Source: Octopus vulgaris (taxonomy: Eukaryota). From it: a stretch of 64,000 bases of DNA. The translations under genes and the position numbers were made by a program. The stretch spans positions 29,822,001 to 29,886,000 of the forward strand of contig OX597827.1 in the NCBI GenBank assembly GCA_951406725.2. Direction: 5' to 3'. The notes beneath the pieces were generated by a model, which saw only the letters and a list, made by a program, of their open reading frames with translations, did no database searches and had not been told where the DNA came from. Positions 42,641 to 56,205 of the stretch are shown here, in pieces; the first letter of the stretch is position 1, and each line of letters starts with the position of its first letter.

Positions 42641-43769
42641 CTCGTGTGATATTTTGGGGACCATTGTTGTTGATTAATCACAGTCCAAATTTTATTAAGA
42701 ACAAATGTAGTCGATTGAGAGAAACTGAGTAACATTAATGATAGCTATTTGATAAAATACTCTCATAAAAAAATGCACAGTTGTAAGTGAAGAAATTTTC
42801 AACTATTAAGATCAATGAAGGAATCTTAAAAACTTGCATCAACACCGCTTAAGTCCCTTACTTTTACCTTAGACTGAATATAATAAACAATTTTAACTAT
42901 TATATTTTTTCTAGAGTAATTTTAAAAAATTAAAACGTTTATTAGGTTAGATCATACTATTTTGTTATGTTTTTCAAGAGTATGACATTTAATTACCCAT
43001 AAGCAGTAAAATAAAGCAACACAATACAATAACGGTGGTGTAAATTAACGAAGCATTTATAATTTTCATGTCAGACAATGGAAATCTAAAAAGCCCGCGT
43101 TATTTTGAGAGGTTTCAACTCACTGTTTTGTTGGATGTGACGATGACCTGTTTCATTTTGGTGTCACGACTGGAGACTCTTAAAATTGGTCAAATATATT
43201 TAGTGTTATATTTAAGGGAAATAGGGCGGAGAATGACAGAATTGGTAATTAGCAAACCAAAGTACCTTGCAGTATTCTGTCACATCTCTGTATGTTCTGT
43301 GATCAAATCCTGCAAGGGTCGACTTTGCTTTTCATTTTTTTTTCCGGGTTGGTTAAAATATATATCCATGATTGCTTGTATCAATCGGTAAATCTCTCCG
43401 GTCTAATGGCAATGTAGGAAGCCAGTTTAATTCAAGAAAATAATTCACTAGAAAGCAAGAGGTAATCGCTTGTGGTATCAAATTCATCGATATGGGTTCG
43501 ATCACCTTTTAAGTAATTGCGCTACCTTTACATCACTTAAGTACACTTGCCTCCACATTACATTTGGGTGTAGGTATGAAGGCCACCAAATGCCATAAAA
43601 ATTGTCTTCCAACATTTGATAAGTTCTTGGAATTAAAGAAATTCTCGTGACCGTATCGATATATTGCTCAAAGACATTTCACTTCAAGCGCATACAAATT
43701 TTGCTGAAAACAGATAAAAAACAATATAACGATTATATAAAACACTAGAATACTCGTGCCATCAATAAT

Positions 43770-44330
43770 GGTTTCGAAATTTTCCGCAAGGGCAGCCATT
43801 TAGCGGGAGGGAATGGGTCGATTACATCGACTCCAGTGTTCAACTGGTACTTAATTTATCGACCCACAAAGGATAAATAGCAAAGTCGACCACAGCGGTA
43901 TTTGAACTTAGATCAGAGAGACAGGCGAAATACTCTCTTCTATTTTAGACACAAGGCCCGAAATTTTTAAGAAGGGGGCCAGTCGATTAGATCGATCCCA
44001 GTACGCAACTGGTACTTAATTTATCGACCCCGAAAAGATGAAAGGAAAAGTCGACCTCGGCGGAATTTGAACTCAGAATGTAAAGACAGACGAAATACCT
44101 ATTTCTTTACTACCAACAAGGGGCTAAACACAGAGAGGACAAACAAGGACAGACAAACGGATTAAGTCAATTATATCGAACCAGTACGTAACTGGTACTT
44201 ATTTAATCGACCCCGAAAGGATGAAAGGCAAAGTCGACTTCGGCGGAATTTGAACTCAGAAAGTAACGGCAGACGAAATGCTGCTAAGCATTTCACCCAG
44301 CTTGCTAACAATTCTGCCAGCTCGCCGCCT
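43770..44330 (-). mobile_element. Nested or multimeric SINE family B
   Basis: Three B-box/body units. Confidence 0.8.
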
Positions 44331-44493
44331 TCTCGTGCCATCATTAATGACAGCTAGACCTATTTATTTTTCAATTGTTTCCATTATAATCTTTCTTCAG
44401 CACAAATTCCCTCGTTCTCTCTTCTAAGATTTTTTTCTTCTGTTTCATCTGCCGGCCTTACTTCAGACGTATATCTTCAATATTCTAATCTTA

Positions 44494-45115
44494 GGGCGGC
44501 GAGCTGGCAGAAACGTTAGCACGCCGGATGAAATGCTTAGCAGCATTTCATCTGCCATTACGTTCTGAGTTCAAATTCCGCCGAGGTCGACTTTGCCTTT
44601 CATCCTTTCGGGGACGATTAAATAAGTACCAGTTACGCACTGGGGTCGATATAATCGACTTAATCCATTTATCTGTCCTTGTTTGTCCCCTCTCTGTTTA
44701 GCCCCTTGTGAGTAGTAAAGAAATAGGTATTTCGTCTGCCGCTACGTTCTGAGTTCAAATTCCACCGAGGTCGACTTTGCCTTTCATCCTTTCGGTGTCG
44801 ATTAAATAAGTACCAGTTACACACTGGGGTCGATATAATCGACTAATCGACTTAATCCGTTTGTGAGTTCGATTCCCGACGACGCGTTGTGTCCTTGAGC
44901 AAAGACACTTTATTTCATGTTGCTCCAGTCCACTCATCTGGCAAAAATGAGTCGTACCAGTATTTGAAAGAGCCATCCTTGTCACATTCTGTGTCACACG
45001 GAATCTTCCTGAGAACTACATTAAGAGTATACGTGTCTGTGGAATGATTTCACGATCAGGCTGTTCCGTTGTTCGGATCAACTGGAACCCTCGTCGTCGT
45101 AACCGACGGAATGTC
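44494..45115 (+). mobile_element. SINE family B dimer fused to a family C body
   Basis: Family B at 44494-44860 followed by a family C body at 44865-45115. Confidence 0.8.
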
Positions 45116-45928
45116 AGTTATTTTATGTATGTCTGCATGCATGCACACATTCTGGGAATGGACGGTACGTTTTATTCTTGTCTAAAACACTTGACTTCAC
45201 GTTGCAATCACTGCAACATCTGACGTGTGACACACCGTGCACCTTTATAGACAATGTCGAGTTGATGCCTATAATAGAGGAGACGCAAATTAGGTAACTG
45301 GTAATGATATTGGACTCGAAACCGTTTAGTTGCGAAGCGAATTTCTTAAGCACCAAGCCATGGCCACGTCTACTTCGTAGTCCTTTGAATAAAGGGGCGT
45401 TCATAAGAAGTAGAGTGTAACTAAACAAACAGACTCACCACACCCTTAAGTCTTATCACAACAGGGATGTGCTTCAAGAAACAAATACACACGAATAGAA
45501 TAGAGAAAGGAATCATTGTTTCCTGTTTCAATGGAATAATGTCTCCTTCTACTAACGTGATGTTATCGCTTGTAAAGTTTTTCTTAAATTATTCCGCCAG
45601 TTCTTATCACATTTATTATAAAACTAACATCTCCAGTTTCTTCATGGCGAAAAATATCGTAGTCAGCAAATTAAGAATATTTTGTATTTGTATTTATTTT
45701 GATATTATTTTACAGACCCAAACAATCGCCAACCAGTGTGTAGTCAATTTTTTTTAAGGGATTCTCTCATCACTACTTCGACAGTTACAGTAAAGTCAGT
45801 GTTTCCCCAATACTTGCCGAAAATCTTGAGTGTTAAGTATTTTTTTATCGCATTGGATATTTATTTCAAGTTGAACTCTATTAATGAACTTTATATTAAA
45901 TGTTTAACACATAGCTTATTTAATATAA

Positions 45929-46326
45929 AGGCATGGCTGTATGGTAAGAAGTTTGCTTACTGACCACATGTTCCGGGTTCAGTCCCACTGCGTGGCACCT
46001 TAGACAAGTGTCTTCTACTATAGCCTCGAGCTACTCAAAGCCTTGTGGGTGTATTTGGTAGACGGAAACTGAAAGAAGCCCGTCGTATGTGTGCGTGTGT
46101 GTATGTGTGTATGTCTTTGTACCTGTGTTTGTTTCCCACCACAGCGTGACAACCGGTGTCGGTGTGTTTACGTCCCCGTAACTTAGCGGATCGGCACAAG
46201 GAAACGGATAAATTAGCATTCTTTACGACTAAAAAGACCTGCAGTCGATTCATTCGACTAAAATTTCTTCAAAGCGGTGCCCCAGCCTGGCCACAGTCTA
46301 ATAACTGAAACAAGTAAAAGATAAAA
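45929..46326 (+). mobile_element. SINE family A
   Basis: Collinear with 5446-5850. Confidence 0.85.
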
Positions 46327-46687
46327 GCTATATCTGTTATATTAGACAGAGTCGAGTTGGAAAGCTACAAATCTCTTGCTTGCTTCTTAGTCACATGTTT
46401 GCCCTTAACAATTACGGCTAACATAAGAGGCGTTCTAATCGTGACTGCCAGTCTCTATATTTTTTTTCTTTTTACTTGTTTCATTTACTAGACTGCAGCC
46501 ATACTGGGGTACCGCCTTGAGGAATTTAAGTTGAACGAAATGATCCCAGTACTTCTTTTTAAAAGCTTGGTATTTATTCTATCGGTGTCTTTTGCCGTAT
46601 CGCTAAGTTGCGGGCACGTAAACACACCAACGCCGGCTGTCAAGCGGTGGGGGGAGGCAAACAGAGATCAAAGAGAAACATATATAT

Positions 46688-46726
<39 letters not shown>

Positions 46727-46744
46727 CACCACATATATATATAT

Positions 46745-46789
<45 letters not shown>

Positions 46790-46790
<1 letters not shown>

Positions 46791-46985
46791 AATGTAACCG
46801 CACGTGGATTGTTGGGGATTTTTCCTTCCTTCTCTTTGGACTTTTCTCTTTCCAACGAAGAGCTATGCTCGAAACGTTAACAACCCTCTTCTTTCGCCGA
46901 GCGTCAAATTAATATATTGCTTGTGCACGCCCTCACGTTCGTTTCTTCTTTTCATTTCCTGTGTTTGTTCTTTGAATTGACTGTA
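46790..46985 (+). mobile_element. Diverged PLE pLTR with a degenerate hammerhead
   Basis: ccaacgaagagctatgctcgaaacgttaa at about 46852-46880; tail similar to 41418-41618. Confidence 0.6.
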
Positions 46986-47787
46986 TATGTGTGTGTATGT
47001 GGAGAGAGAGAGAGAGACAGGCTTCTTTCAGCTTGTATTTAGCAAATCCGTTCAAAAGGCTCTGGTCAGCGCACCGCTACAGTAGAAGACACTTGCTCAA
47101 GGTGCCATGCAGTAGGACTGAACTCGGAACCGTGTGGTTGGGGAACAAAATGCTTCGCACACAGCCACGCCTATGCCTTCGTTTTCCAGAATGTGAATTG
47201 AAGCAGATTTAGTTCCTATGACTGGCAAGTCAAGAGATCACGTATTTGTTTCTATGACTAATGTCTATAAAGTATGTTCATATGTGAGTTTGTGGATGTA
47301 TGTGACGAAATTGTTGTTGTAAAGCCTACATCACAGCCACTCATCGAATAAGACTATAACGAAAGGCGTTCCAGCTGAGACTTCATCATTTTTTTTTTCG
47401 ATGTGCAGGAAATCCAGGATTATCCAAATACTCTTTTTAAGACGATAGAGTCTCATTCGGGGGAGATTTAACTGCTGTATTTAGTGAATCAAGTGGCCAT
47501 ACGGAGTTTCCTTACCTGCTACGTGCCCTGAAGATTATTATTTATATACAGCATTTAAATGCTGTTGGTACACATGCTTAAATTAACTCCATTTAGAGGT
47601 CATGCAGGGTCATATAGGGGTTTTGAAGGGTCATGCAGGGATCGTGTAAGAGTCAAGTAGGGGTCGCGTTATCCAGAGGGTCAAGAACTTTAACTGTGTC
47701 AATCAGTATTTTAAAGGCAATTTAGGGCCTATATTGAAGCAGATTTATCAGTTATAAAAATACTGCATCGTAGTCCCTCTTGGTTAT

Positions 47788-47812
47788 GTTGCTGCTGCTG
47801 CTATTGCTGTAG

Positions 47813-47859
<47 letters not shown>

Positions 47860-47910
47860 GGTGGTGGTGGTGGTGGTGGTGTTAGTGTTGGTGGTGCTAG
47901 TGGTGTTGGT
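47788..47910. repeat. (GCT)/(GTT)/(GGT)n trinucleotide microsatellite
   Basis: Direct reading. Confidence 0.9.
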
Positions 47911-48040
47911 AGAATCTTGCGTTAGCACTGATTAAGACGTTTAATCAGAGGCAAACCAAGCATGACCATTCAGTCGAAAGACATGTTGTATGTATGCCGG
48001 AGTTTATATAATGTGAGTGTGCGTATGTAACGTGTCTATG

Positions 48041-48087
<47 letters not shown>

Positions 48088-48092
<5 letters not shown>

Positions 48093-48398
48093 CGTGATCA
48101 CCGTGACCGACCAGGCTATCAGATGTTGCTACACATCGCTGGTCACAATGCGCTTCTCATTGTTTTAGCCTTCAAATGACGCCACCCCGCTGGCTAAGCG
48201 AGCAGGCCAACAGAAGAAAGAGTGTGAGAAAGTTGTGGCGAAAGCGTACAGCAGGGATCGCCACCACACCCTGCCGGAGCCTCGTGGAGCTTTAGGTGTT
48301 TTCGCTCAATAAACACTGACAACGCCCGGTCTGGGAATCGAAACCGCAATCCTACAACCGCGAGTCCGCTGCCCTAACCACTGGGCCATTGCACCTCC
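48088..48398 (-). mobile_element. SINE family C (tRNA-like head ggaggtgcaatggcccagtggttagggcagcggactcgcg)
   Basis: A-box tggcccagtgg and B-box gtttcgattcc. Related copies at 50120-50277 and 58400-58630. Confidence 0.8.
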
Positions 48399-48457
<59 letters not shown>

Positions 48458-49530
48458 AAAAAGAGGTCCACTTCCACGCAAATATAAGAATGTGGGAGAA
48501 AGGGTATTATTGACATATAATTTCTTCTTACCTTTCTTGGACCCAAAACCCTAAGTGCATTCGAAGGGGCGCTGTCGTAATATACAGTGTGCCTTGGTCA
48601 TTTAATTTGGAGAGGCAAGCCCTTCCCTGTATCGGTTTGATCCAAATTCATTTCTGCTTGACAGAAAGAGAAAGGGTTAAAGGGGAGAAAGAATGGAATC
48701 CACCCCAGAACTGAACTGGTACTTCGCTTATTAAGCGTGGGAGGATGGAAAACAAAGACGATCTAGACAGGGTTAATGAATAGGGAGTCAGAAGTTTTAC
48801 CTCAAAACAACCTACCGGACGCTTTAACGACTCTCCCAACTCGCCATCTTCGATATACAATACGAAGTGATCAATACCTGAATATAGAGGTTATCATAAA
48901 ACAGACGCATGCAAAAAAAAGTCATTACACCATAGGGTTTTCCTGTTTATCACAAATCCTCAGTAAGGGCGGAATTTCAGTTGACTGAAAAAAGCAGTGA
49001 TTTTAGTAGAAGACTTATTCTGTCGCTCGCTTTAACAACCTCACTTGAGAACCCTTAGTAGAGCCCACTGTTTCATTCTTTTTTTATTTCATTTTTTTTT
49101 TCAAGAATTCGGGTTAGGTCTCCAGTCTGAGGATACCTTCCCCTCCCACCTATCTTGAAGACCCTGTAAAGGATCATGAGCAGTAACTTTTTCCAAGCTA
49201 AGCGATAACAAAACCAGATTACCGAGCGTAGTGTTTTTAGAACGATAGGGTGTGGCTTGAGAGATATCACGACGATTTTGCTAGCAGATCAAAGGTTGTC
49301 TTCATGTAGGCGTTTACCGAGTGAATAAGGTGAGAAAATTTTGTCCATAGAGAAAAATATGTCCATAATTAAGTGCAAATTTTTCTACACGAGTCTGTAA
49401 AAAAATTGCCGTGGGCATCGGTCCGGTTGTCCTTCGACCACACGAATGCATCTCCTGAACGAATAATCTATGTACAAATTCCCAAACCATAGTAATGTTT
49501 CTTTTATTGTATACAATAACAATAACAATA

Positions 49531-50007
49531 AAAACAAGAGCACTCAGAAAATGCAAACCTCCGCCAAGGACACACCAACGTCCTCTCAGCGATTAGCCAG
49601 AGATGATTTTTATAGTGAGAATACCTGAAACAAGAGCACACAAAGAGCACAAACCTCTGCCAAGGCAACACCAATGTCCTCTCAGCGATTAGTCAGAGAT
49701 GATTTTTAAAATGAGAATATCTGAAATAAACTCGAATGGTCTCACAAACGAGAATACTAAAAATGAACCCGGCCGCTCTCAAAAATTAATTATAAGAAAA
49801 GAAACAGGGTAAATAATCCAGAATCCTTGAGCAGTACCGGTTCGATTCCGAAATCTAATCAGTTCGTGCCAGTTACGAGGTGAAACTTGCCTGAAAGTTT
49901 CATCCGAATCCATCCAGTGGTTCTTGAGATATCTAATCCACGGACAAAGAAACAAACAAACACGACTGAAAACAATACCTTCGCCTTAGCGAATGCGGAG
50001 GTAACAA
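49531..50007 (+). mobile_element. Non-autonomous Helentron/DINE-1-like element
   Basis: Sub-terminal inverted repeat acctccgcc (49557-49565) / gcggaggt (49995-50002), terminal hairpin taccttcgc..gcggaggta, (ACAA)n tract, and a tandem duplication of the first ~95 bp. Confidence 0.6.
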
Positions 50008-50297
50008 TCTTTCTGGGGTACAGAGGATTCGCAATCTAGACTAGGGTCTGAAGGTTTACCACACCATAGTGGGTTACACCATGGTTCCTCTGCTTTGTGG
50101 CAGAAGTAGAAAGAAAGAGTGAAAGAAACCGGGGTTCACCACCCCTCCCCGCCGGAGCCTCGTGGAGCTTAGGTGTTTTTGCTCAATAAACACTCACGAT
50201 GCCCGGTCTGAGAATCGAAACCGCGTTCTTACGACCGCGATTCCGCTGCCCTAACCAGTGGACCATTGTGCCTCCACGGCTGCTGCTGTTGCTGCTA

Positions 50298-50745
50298 AGG
50301 CGGCGAGCTGGCAGAATTGTTAGCATGCTAGACAAAGTGCTATGCGGAATTACGTCGTCTTAACGTCCTGAGTTCAAATTCTGCCAAGGTCGACTTTGCC
50401 TTTCATCCTTTTGGGGTCGATGAGTTAAGTACCGGTTGACAATTGGGGGCGGGGTCAATGTTATCGACTAGCCACCCCACTCTCCCCCAAATTTCCAGAC
50501 CTTGTAGAGAGGATAATTATTATTGTTGCTGTTTAGGAGGCAAGCTGGCTGAATCGTTAGCAACCGGACAAAATGCTTAGCGGACAAAATGCTTAGTGGC
50601 ATTTCGTCCGGCTTTACTCTCTGAGTTCAAATTTCGCCGTTCATCCTGTCGAGGTTGATACATTACCTACAAGTTGAGCACTGGGGTCATTCTAATCGAC
50701 GTCGCTCCCCACCCCAGAAATTACTGGCCTTGTGCCAAATTTGAA
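50298..50745 (+). mobile_element. Two SINE family B copies
   Basis: Head ggcggcgagctggcagaattgttagc and B-box. Confidence 0.75.
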
Positions 50746-51573
50746 ACCATTATTGTTGTTGTTGTTGCTATTTCAGAAACCTTCTCATAATAAATACACT
50801 CCCTATTAAAATCCAATTTGAAAGTTAATCTTTGAATGGATTCAAACTGCTTTTGTGCTGGTTTTCTTTATGCGAAGGGTGGCGAGTTTCATTAACAAAG
50901 ACGTATAGAAATATACTTCCTCTCTCTTGCTCTCTCACCCTCCTCCCGCTCTCTTTCTCTCTCTCTCTTTTTCCTCTTTCCTTCCCTCTCAAACTGATTC
51001 TGCTTGCCAGTAGTCAGACAATATCTGGGACTTTAATAGTATAAAGATACACGCTTCGGAAATGTATTTCCCACAGTTTATTGTACTAAGTTATAAAAGA
51101 AAATTTATGAAAGTTATTTGGTTTAATGAGTCATAAATTTCAAAATAAAACCGTGTATTTCATAACTTTTTAATAACTGTAAAACAGCAGTTTGAAATAT
51201 GTTATTCCTATTGAAGAATAAAAGGTTATTTGATTTCAAAACCCCACCCAAATATGTGGTGTAAAGGCTATCTGTGGGACCAGCCGCCAAATATGGAGCA
51301 AACAAAAGCCATTTTTATATTCTAAATTGTTATTCTTGTATGGGCGTCGGCAAGGACGAACGATCTGGTTTATTTCGAAGGACTTTTGGGCTGGGTTCTA
51401 TTATGGAAAAGTTTCAGAAATCTCTTGCTTGACATTGCTACCTAGGGCCACTGCCGGTTAAGCACCATAAGCACGGAAGTGTCGCCACGTGAGACTGTCC
51501 GAGATTGACGGAAAGAGCCGAAACTATTCTGTTAGCGTTCGTGCAATGTCCGGGAATTGCTGACGTGTGTATC

Positions 51574-51631
<58 letters not shown>

Positions 51632-51653
51632 TGTGTGTGTGTGGCTGTGTGCC

Positions 51654-51686
<33 letters not shown>

Positions 51687-51823
51687 ATATATATATGTAT
51701 TTGGGTGGGGTTTTGAAATCAAATAACCTTTTATTCTTCAAAAAAAGAACAACAAGCACAAAAACAACAACAACGTGAGGACGTGTTACATGTAAAGCAT
51801 TAGCAGGGAATGAAAGAAAGATG

Positions 51824-51858
51824 GTTTAAAGTTTCGAGCAGAGCTCTTCTTCAGAAAC
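51824..51858 (-). ncRNA. Minimal hammerhead in a PLE pLTR remnant (about 51760-51900)
   Basis: gttt-CTGAAGA-a-gagc(tct)gctc-GAA-ACTT-T-aaac. Confidence 0.6.
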
Positions 51859-51911
51859 AGAGGAAAGTCCAATAGAAAGGAAGACGGAGGAAGAAAATAT
51901 ATACATATATA

Positions 51912-52307
51912 GGCGCAGGAGTGGCTGTTTGGTAAGTAGCTTGCTAATCAACCACATGGTTCCGGGTTCAGTCCCACTGCGTGGCATCTTGGGCAAGTGT
52001 CTTCTGCTATAGCCCCGGGCCGACCAATGCCTTGTGAGTGGATTTGGTAGACGGAAACTGAAAGAAGCCTGTCGTATATATGTATATATATATAAGTGTG
52101 TGTGAATATGTTTGTGTGTCTGTGTTTGTTCCCCTAGCATTGTGGTGTGTTTACGTCCCCGTCACTTAGCGGTTCAGCAAAAGAGACCGATAGAATAAGT
52201 ACTGGGCTTACAAAGAATAAGTCCCAGGGTCGAGTTGCTCGACTAAAGGCGGTGCTCCAGCATGGCCGCAGTCAAATGACTGAAACAAGTAAAAAGAGTA
52301 AAAAGAG
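51912..52307 (+). mobile_element. SINE family A
   Basis: Collinear with 5446-5850. Confidence 0.85.
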
Positions 52308-52403
<96 letters not shown>

Positions 52404-52460
52404 AATTTTAAAATTACTAAGTCTCTCTAAAAGAGATTACGGCAGCGTTACTGGAAATTA

Positions 52461-52685
52461 ATTGTTATCGCCATATTAATATGGCAGTCTTATAGATATA
52501 AAACTAAAAGCTGTCGCTGATTAGCTCCATGAGGCCATCGCCTTAAGATAGCTTGTTCGAAGGTTATAATGGACACAGTTAGTGTGTCAAATAGCTATCT
52601 TAAGGCGATGGCCTCATGGAGCTAATCAGCGACAGCTTTTAGTCTTATATCTATAAGACTGCCATATTAATATGGCGATAACAAT
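52461..52685. repeat. Fold-back element: 93-bp inverted arms, 39-nt spacer
   Basis: 52461-52553 is the reverse complement of 52593-52685, with one mismatch seen. Confidence 0.9.
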
Positions 52686-52689
52686 ATAT

Positions 52690-53025
52690 ATATATACACA
52701 CACACATACACATACATACACACACATACACACATACACACACATACATATACATACATACATACACACACACATACACGAATACACACATACACACACA
52801 CACACATACACACATACATAGATACATACACACATACACACACACATACATATACATACATACACACACATACATATACATACATATACATACATACACA
52901 TACATACATATACACACATACGTACACACACGCACATACACACATACACGCATGCACACATACATACATATATACACATACATACACACACACATACATA
53001 CGCACATACATATACACACACACAC

Positions 53026-53056
<31 letters not shown>

Positions 53057-55275
53057 CACACACACATACATACACACACACACATACGCATATACATACA
53101 CACATACATACATAGACACATATATACACACACACATACATATACATACATACATACAGACACACACATGCACACATACTCGCATGCACACATACATACA
53201 TACACATACATACACACACACACATACATACTATACACACATGCACATACACACATACATACATACACACACGCGTACATATACATACATACATACACAT
53301 ACACATTCACACACACACTTACACACATACACCCGTACATACATACACACACACTTACATACACACACATACATACATACTTACACACATACACATACAT
53401 ACATACACACACGCATACATATACATACACACACCTATACACACATACATACATATATACACACATACATAGATACATACATACATACACAAACATACAT
53501 ATACATACATACATACATACACACACACATACACACACACATACACACACACGCACGCACACATACATACATACACACATACATACACACACACGTACAT
53601 ACATACATACGCACATACATACGCACATACATACACACACATATACACACATACCCACACATACATACACACACATATATATACATACATACATATATAC
53701 ACACATACATACATAGATACATACATGCATAAACATACATATACATACATACATACATACACACACACACATACACACACATACATACATACACACATAC
53801 ATACACACACATACACACACACATACACATACATACATACATACATACGCACATACATACACACACATATACACACATACACACACATACATACACACAC
53901 ATATATATACATACATACATACACACACACATACACACATACATACATACATACACACACACATACATACACTACATACATAGATACATACATACACACA
54001 CATACATATACATACATATGTACACACACGCACATACACACATACACGCATGCATAAATACATACATACACAGATACGTACATACATACAAACATACACA
54101 CACACACTTACACACATACACACACATACATACGTACGTACATACATACATACACACATACATACACACACATACATACATACATACATACATACATACA
54201 TACATACACACACGCATACATACACACACACACACACACATACATACATACACACACATACACATATACATACATACATACACATACACACACATACATA
54301 CATACACACATACATACACACACACATATAAACATAAACACACATATAAGCCTCTACATTGTACACACACGCACACATATATACATACATTCACTCGCAC
54401 GCACGTACACACACACGCACACACACACATTTACATATATATACTATACACTCACACACACATACACACGTACAAACACACACAAACTCACATACACACC
54501 GACAGATATACACACAGAATATACACCTATCCGCGCACGCACACATACACACAAACACATACAAACGCTCACATACACACAAACACATACAAACGCACAC
54601 ATACACGCACACACATACACGTACATACATACACACTCATACAAATGAACCCACACATACATCCCTACACACACACACGCACGTACAAGCACACACGCAC
54701 ACATACACTAGGTTAAGCAGTTACTCGCCACACACCCACACGAACACACACATGCACATACACACACTACAAACAACACCCATACATGATACATATACCC
54801 CTTTGTTTTTTTGACCTGGCTTTGCACTGGCTGGATACAAACAAGCCAGCTTGTCATAAGGGAGTGCCTTATGACTGCTTACTTGCCATTGCTTATTATT
54901 CACCACACATACACACACACACACACACACGCACGCACGCACAAACACACTTGACATCCTTGCACACACACACACGCATCCACACACATTCCCCTTTTTT
55001 GAAACTCTCTTGCTTTTAAAAATCATGATTCGTCTACCTCTCAACTTCTGTTCTTTCAACATGTGATCTCTTGAGCACCACCAGCAAAAATATATTTTCC
55101 TCTGTCTTCCCTTCTTGGAATCTTTCCTTCTCCTTGTTTCCGACGAAGAGCCCCGCTCGAAACGTTAAACCCTCCTTCCCTTCTTTCCTGAGCGTCAATA
55201 ATACTTTAATTGTTCCACGTCCTCGCGTTGCTGTTTTTTCTCTTTTTTTCTGTGTTTTCTTGTTTGGATTAACTT
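52690..55275 (+). mobile_element. 5'-truncated copy of the PLE 3' UTR (CA-rich satellite + pLTR)
   Basis: 54320-55275 is collinear with 38420-39309 (anchors aagcctctacattgtac, ccgacagatatac, aaatgaacccacac, ctaggttaagc, aaaatcatgattcgtctacc). Confidence 0.85.
55136..55170 (+). ncRNA. Minimal hammerhead, CCGACGA core variant
   Basis: gttt-CCGACGA-a-gagc(ccc)gctc-GAA-ACGT-T-aaac. Confidence 0.6.
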
Positions 55276-55481
55276 TATATATATAAATATATATATATAT
55301 TCCAGAAAGAGGTCAATCTTAGAGGGCAAATCAGGACACCCTAGAAATCCCAAGACTAAACCAAATTATAAATGTAGATGCGAGCCAATGTATCTGGTAT
55401 AGTCCCGAAATTCTCTCTCTCTCTCTCTGTATATATATATATATATATATATTTCTCTCTCTCTCTTTCTCTCTCTCTCTC

Positions 55482-55521
<40 letters not shown>

Positions 55522-56139
55522 GTTTTACAAAATGATTACATTAAATAATTCAGTTCTGTATACACTGCCTTGAAAATAAAATAAAACGGTGTGTTATGGC
55601 CGGACCACCATGGATGCTAGGCTTGCTAAACAGCAACAGAGGCAGCTACAAGAAAAAACAACAGTTACAACAGCAACAATTGTCACTAAAGAACTTTTTG
55701 CATGATCGTCGGAAATGCTGGAAATTGCAACCAAATTTCCGTTTAATTACGCTGTACTGTCTCAAAGAAGGAAGAGTACACTGGATAATACTACCTTCAG
55801 TGTACCGACTGAGAAAGTACAGACGAGACAGTCCTTACTTGATAACCTTTGATGACCGGAATCAATAAGACAGATATTACATGCACGAATAACTTGTTAG
55901 AAATAGTTGTCAAGTTACGCTCAAATCAGACTGTCATTATCTTTACACGTGATGATATTTAAGGAGGTATTTAAGTGTAGGATTAAATGATGCTTGAATA
56001 ATAAACTAGATGGCCATGGCTGGAATCTTTATGGTTATAGGCTGGCATATCAGTTAGGGCGGACGCGGTATTAAGCAACAAAGCAAAAAGAAAAAAACAG
56101 CCTTGAATCATAGGTTTAAGGTTAATCTGTAGTTTGCGT

Positions 56140-56205
56140 AGTTTGCGTAGTTTAGCTTCGTTACTATGGCAACAGTCCGGATACTTATTGATCAGACCAC
56201 ACACA
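56140..56205 (-). mobile_element. Probable mariner-type TIR remnant
   Basis: Minus strand ggtctgatcaataagtatccggactg resembles mariner termini. No partner TIR was found. Confidence 0.35.

Noticed and set aside
47595-47690. Cluster of AGGGTCA-like motifs resembling nuclear receptor half-sites
   Set aside because: More simply explained as a short degenerate minisatellite; there is no other support.
48330-48398. tRNA-like sequence
   Set aside because: It is a SINE head that continues into a repeat body and has no complete cloverleaf acceptor stem.
52605-52645. CTCATGG...GACAGCT as a hammerhead
   Set aside because: Three core mismatches and no stem I.
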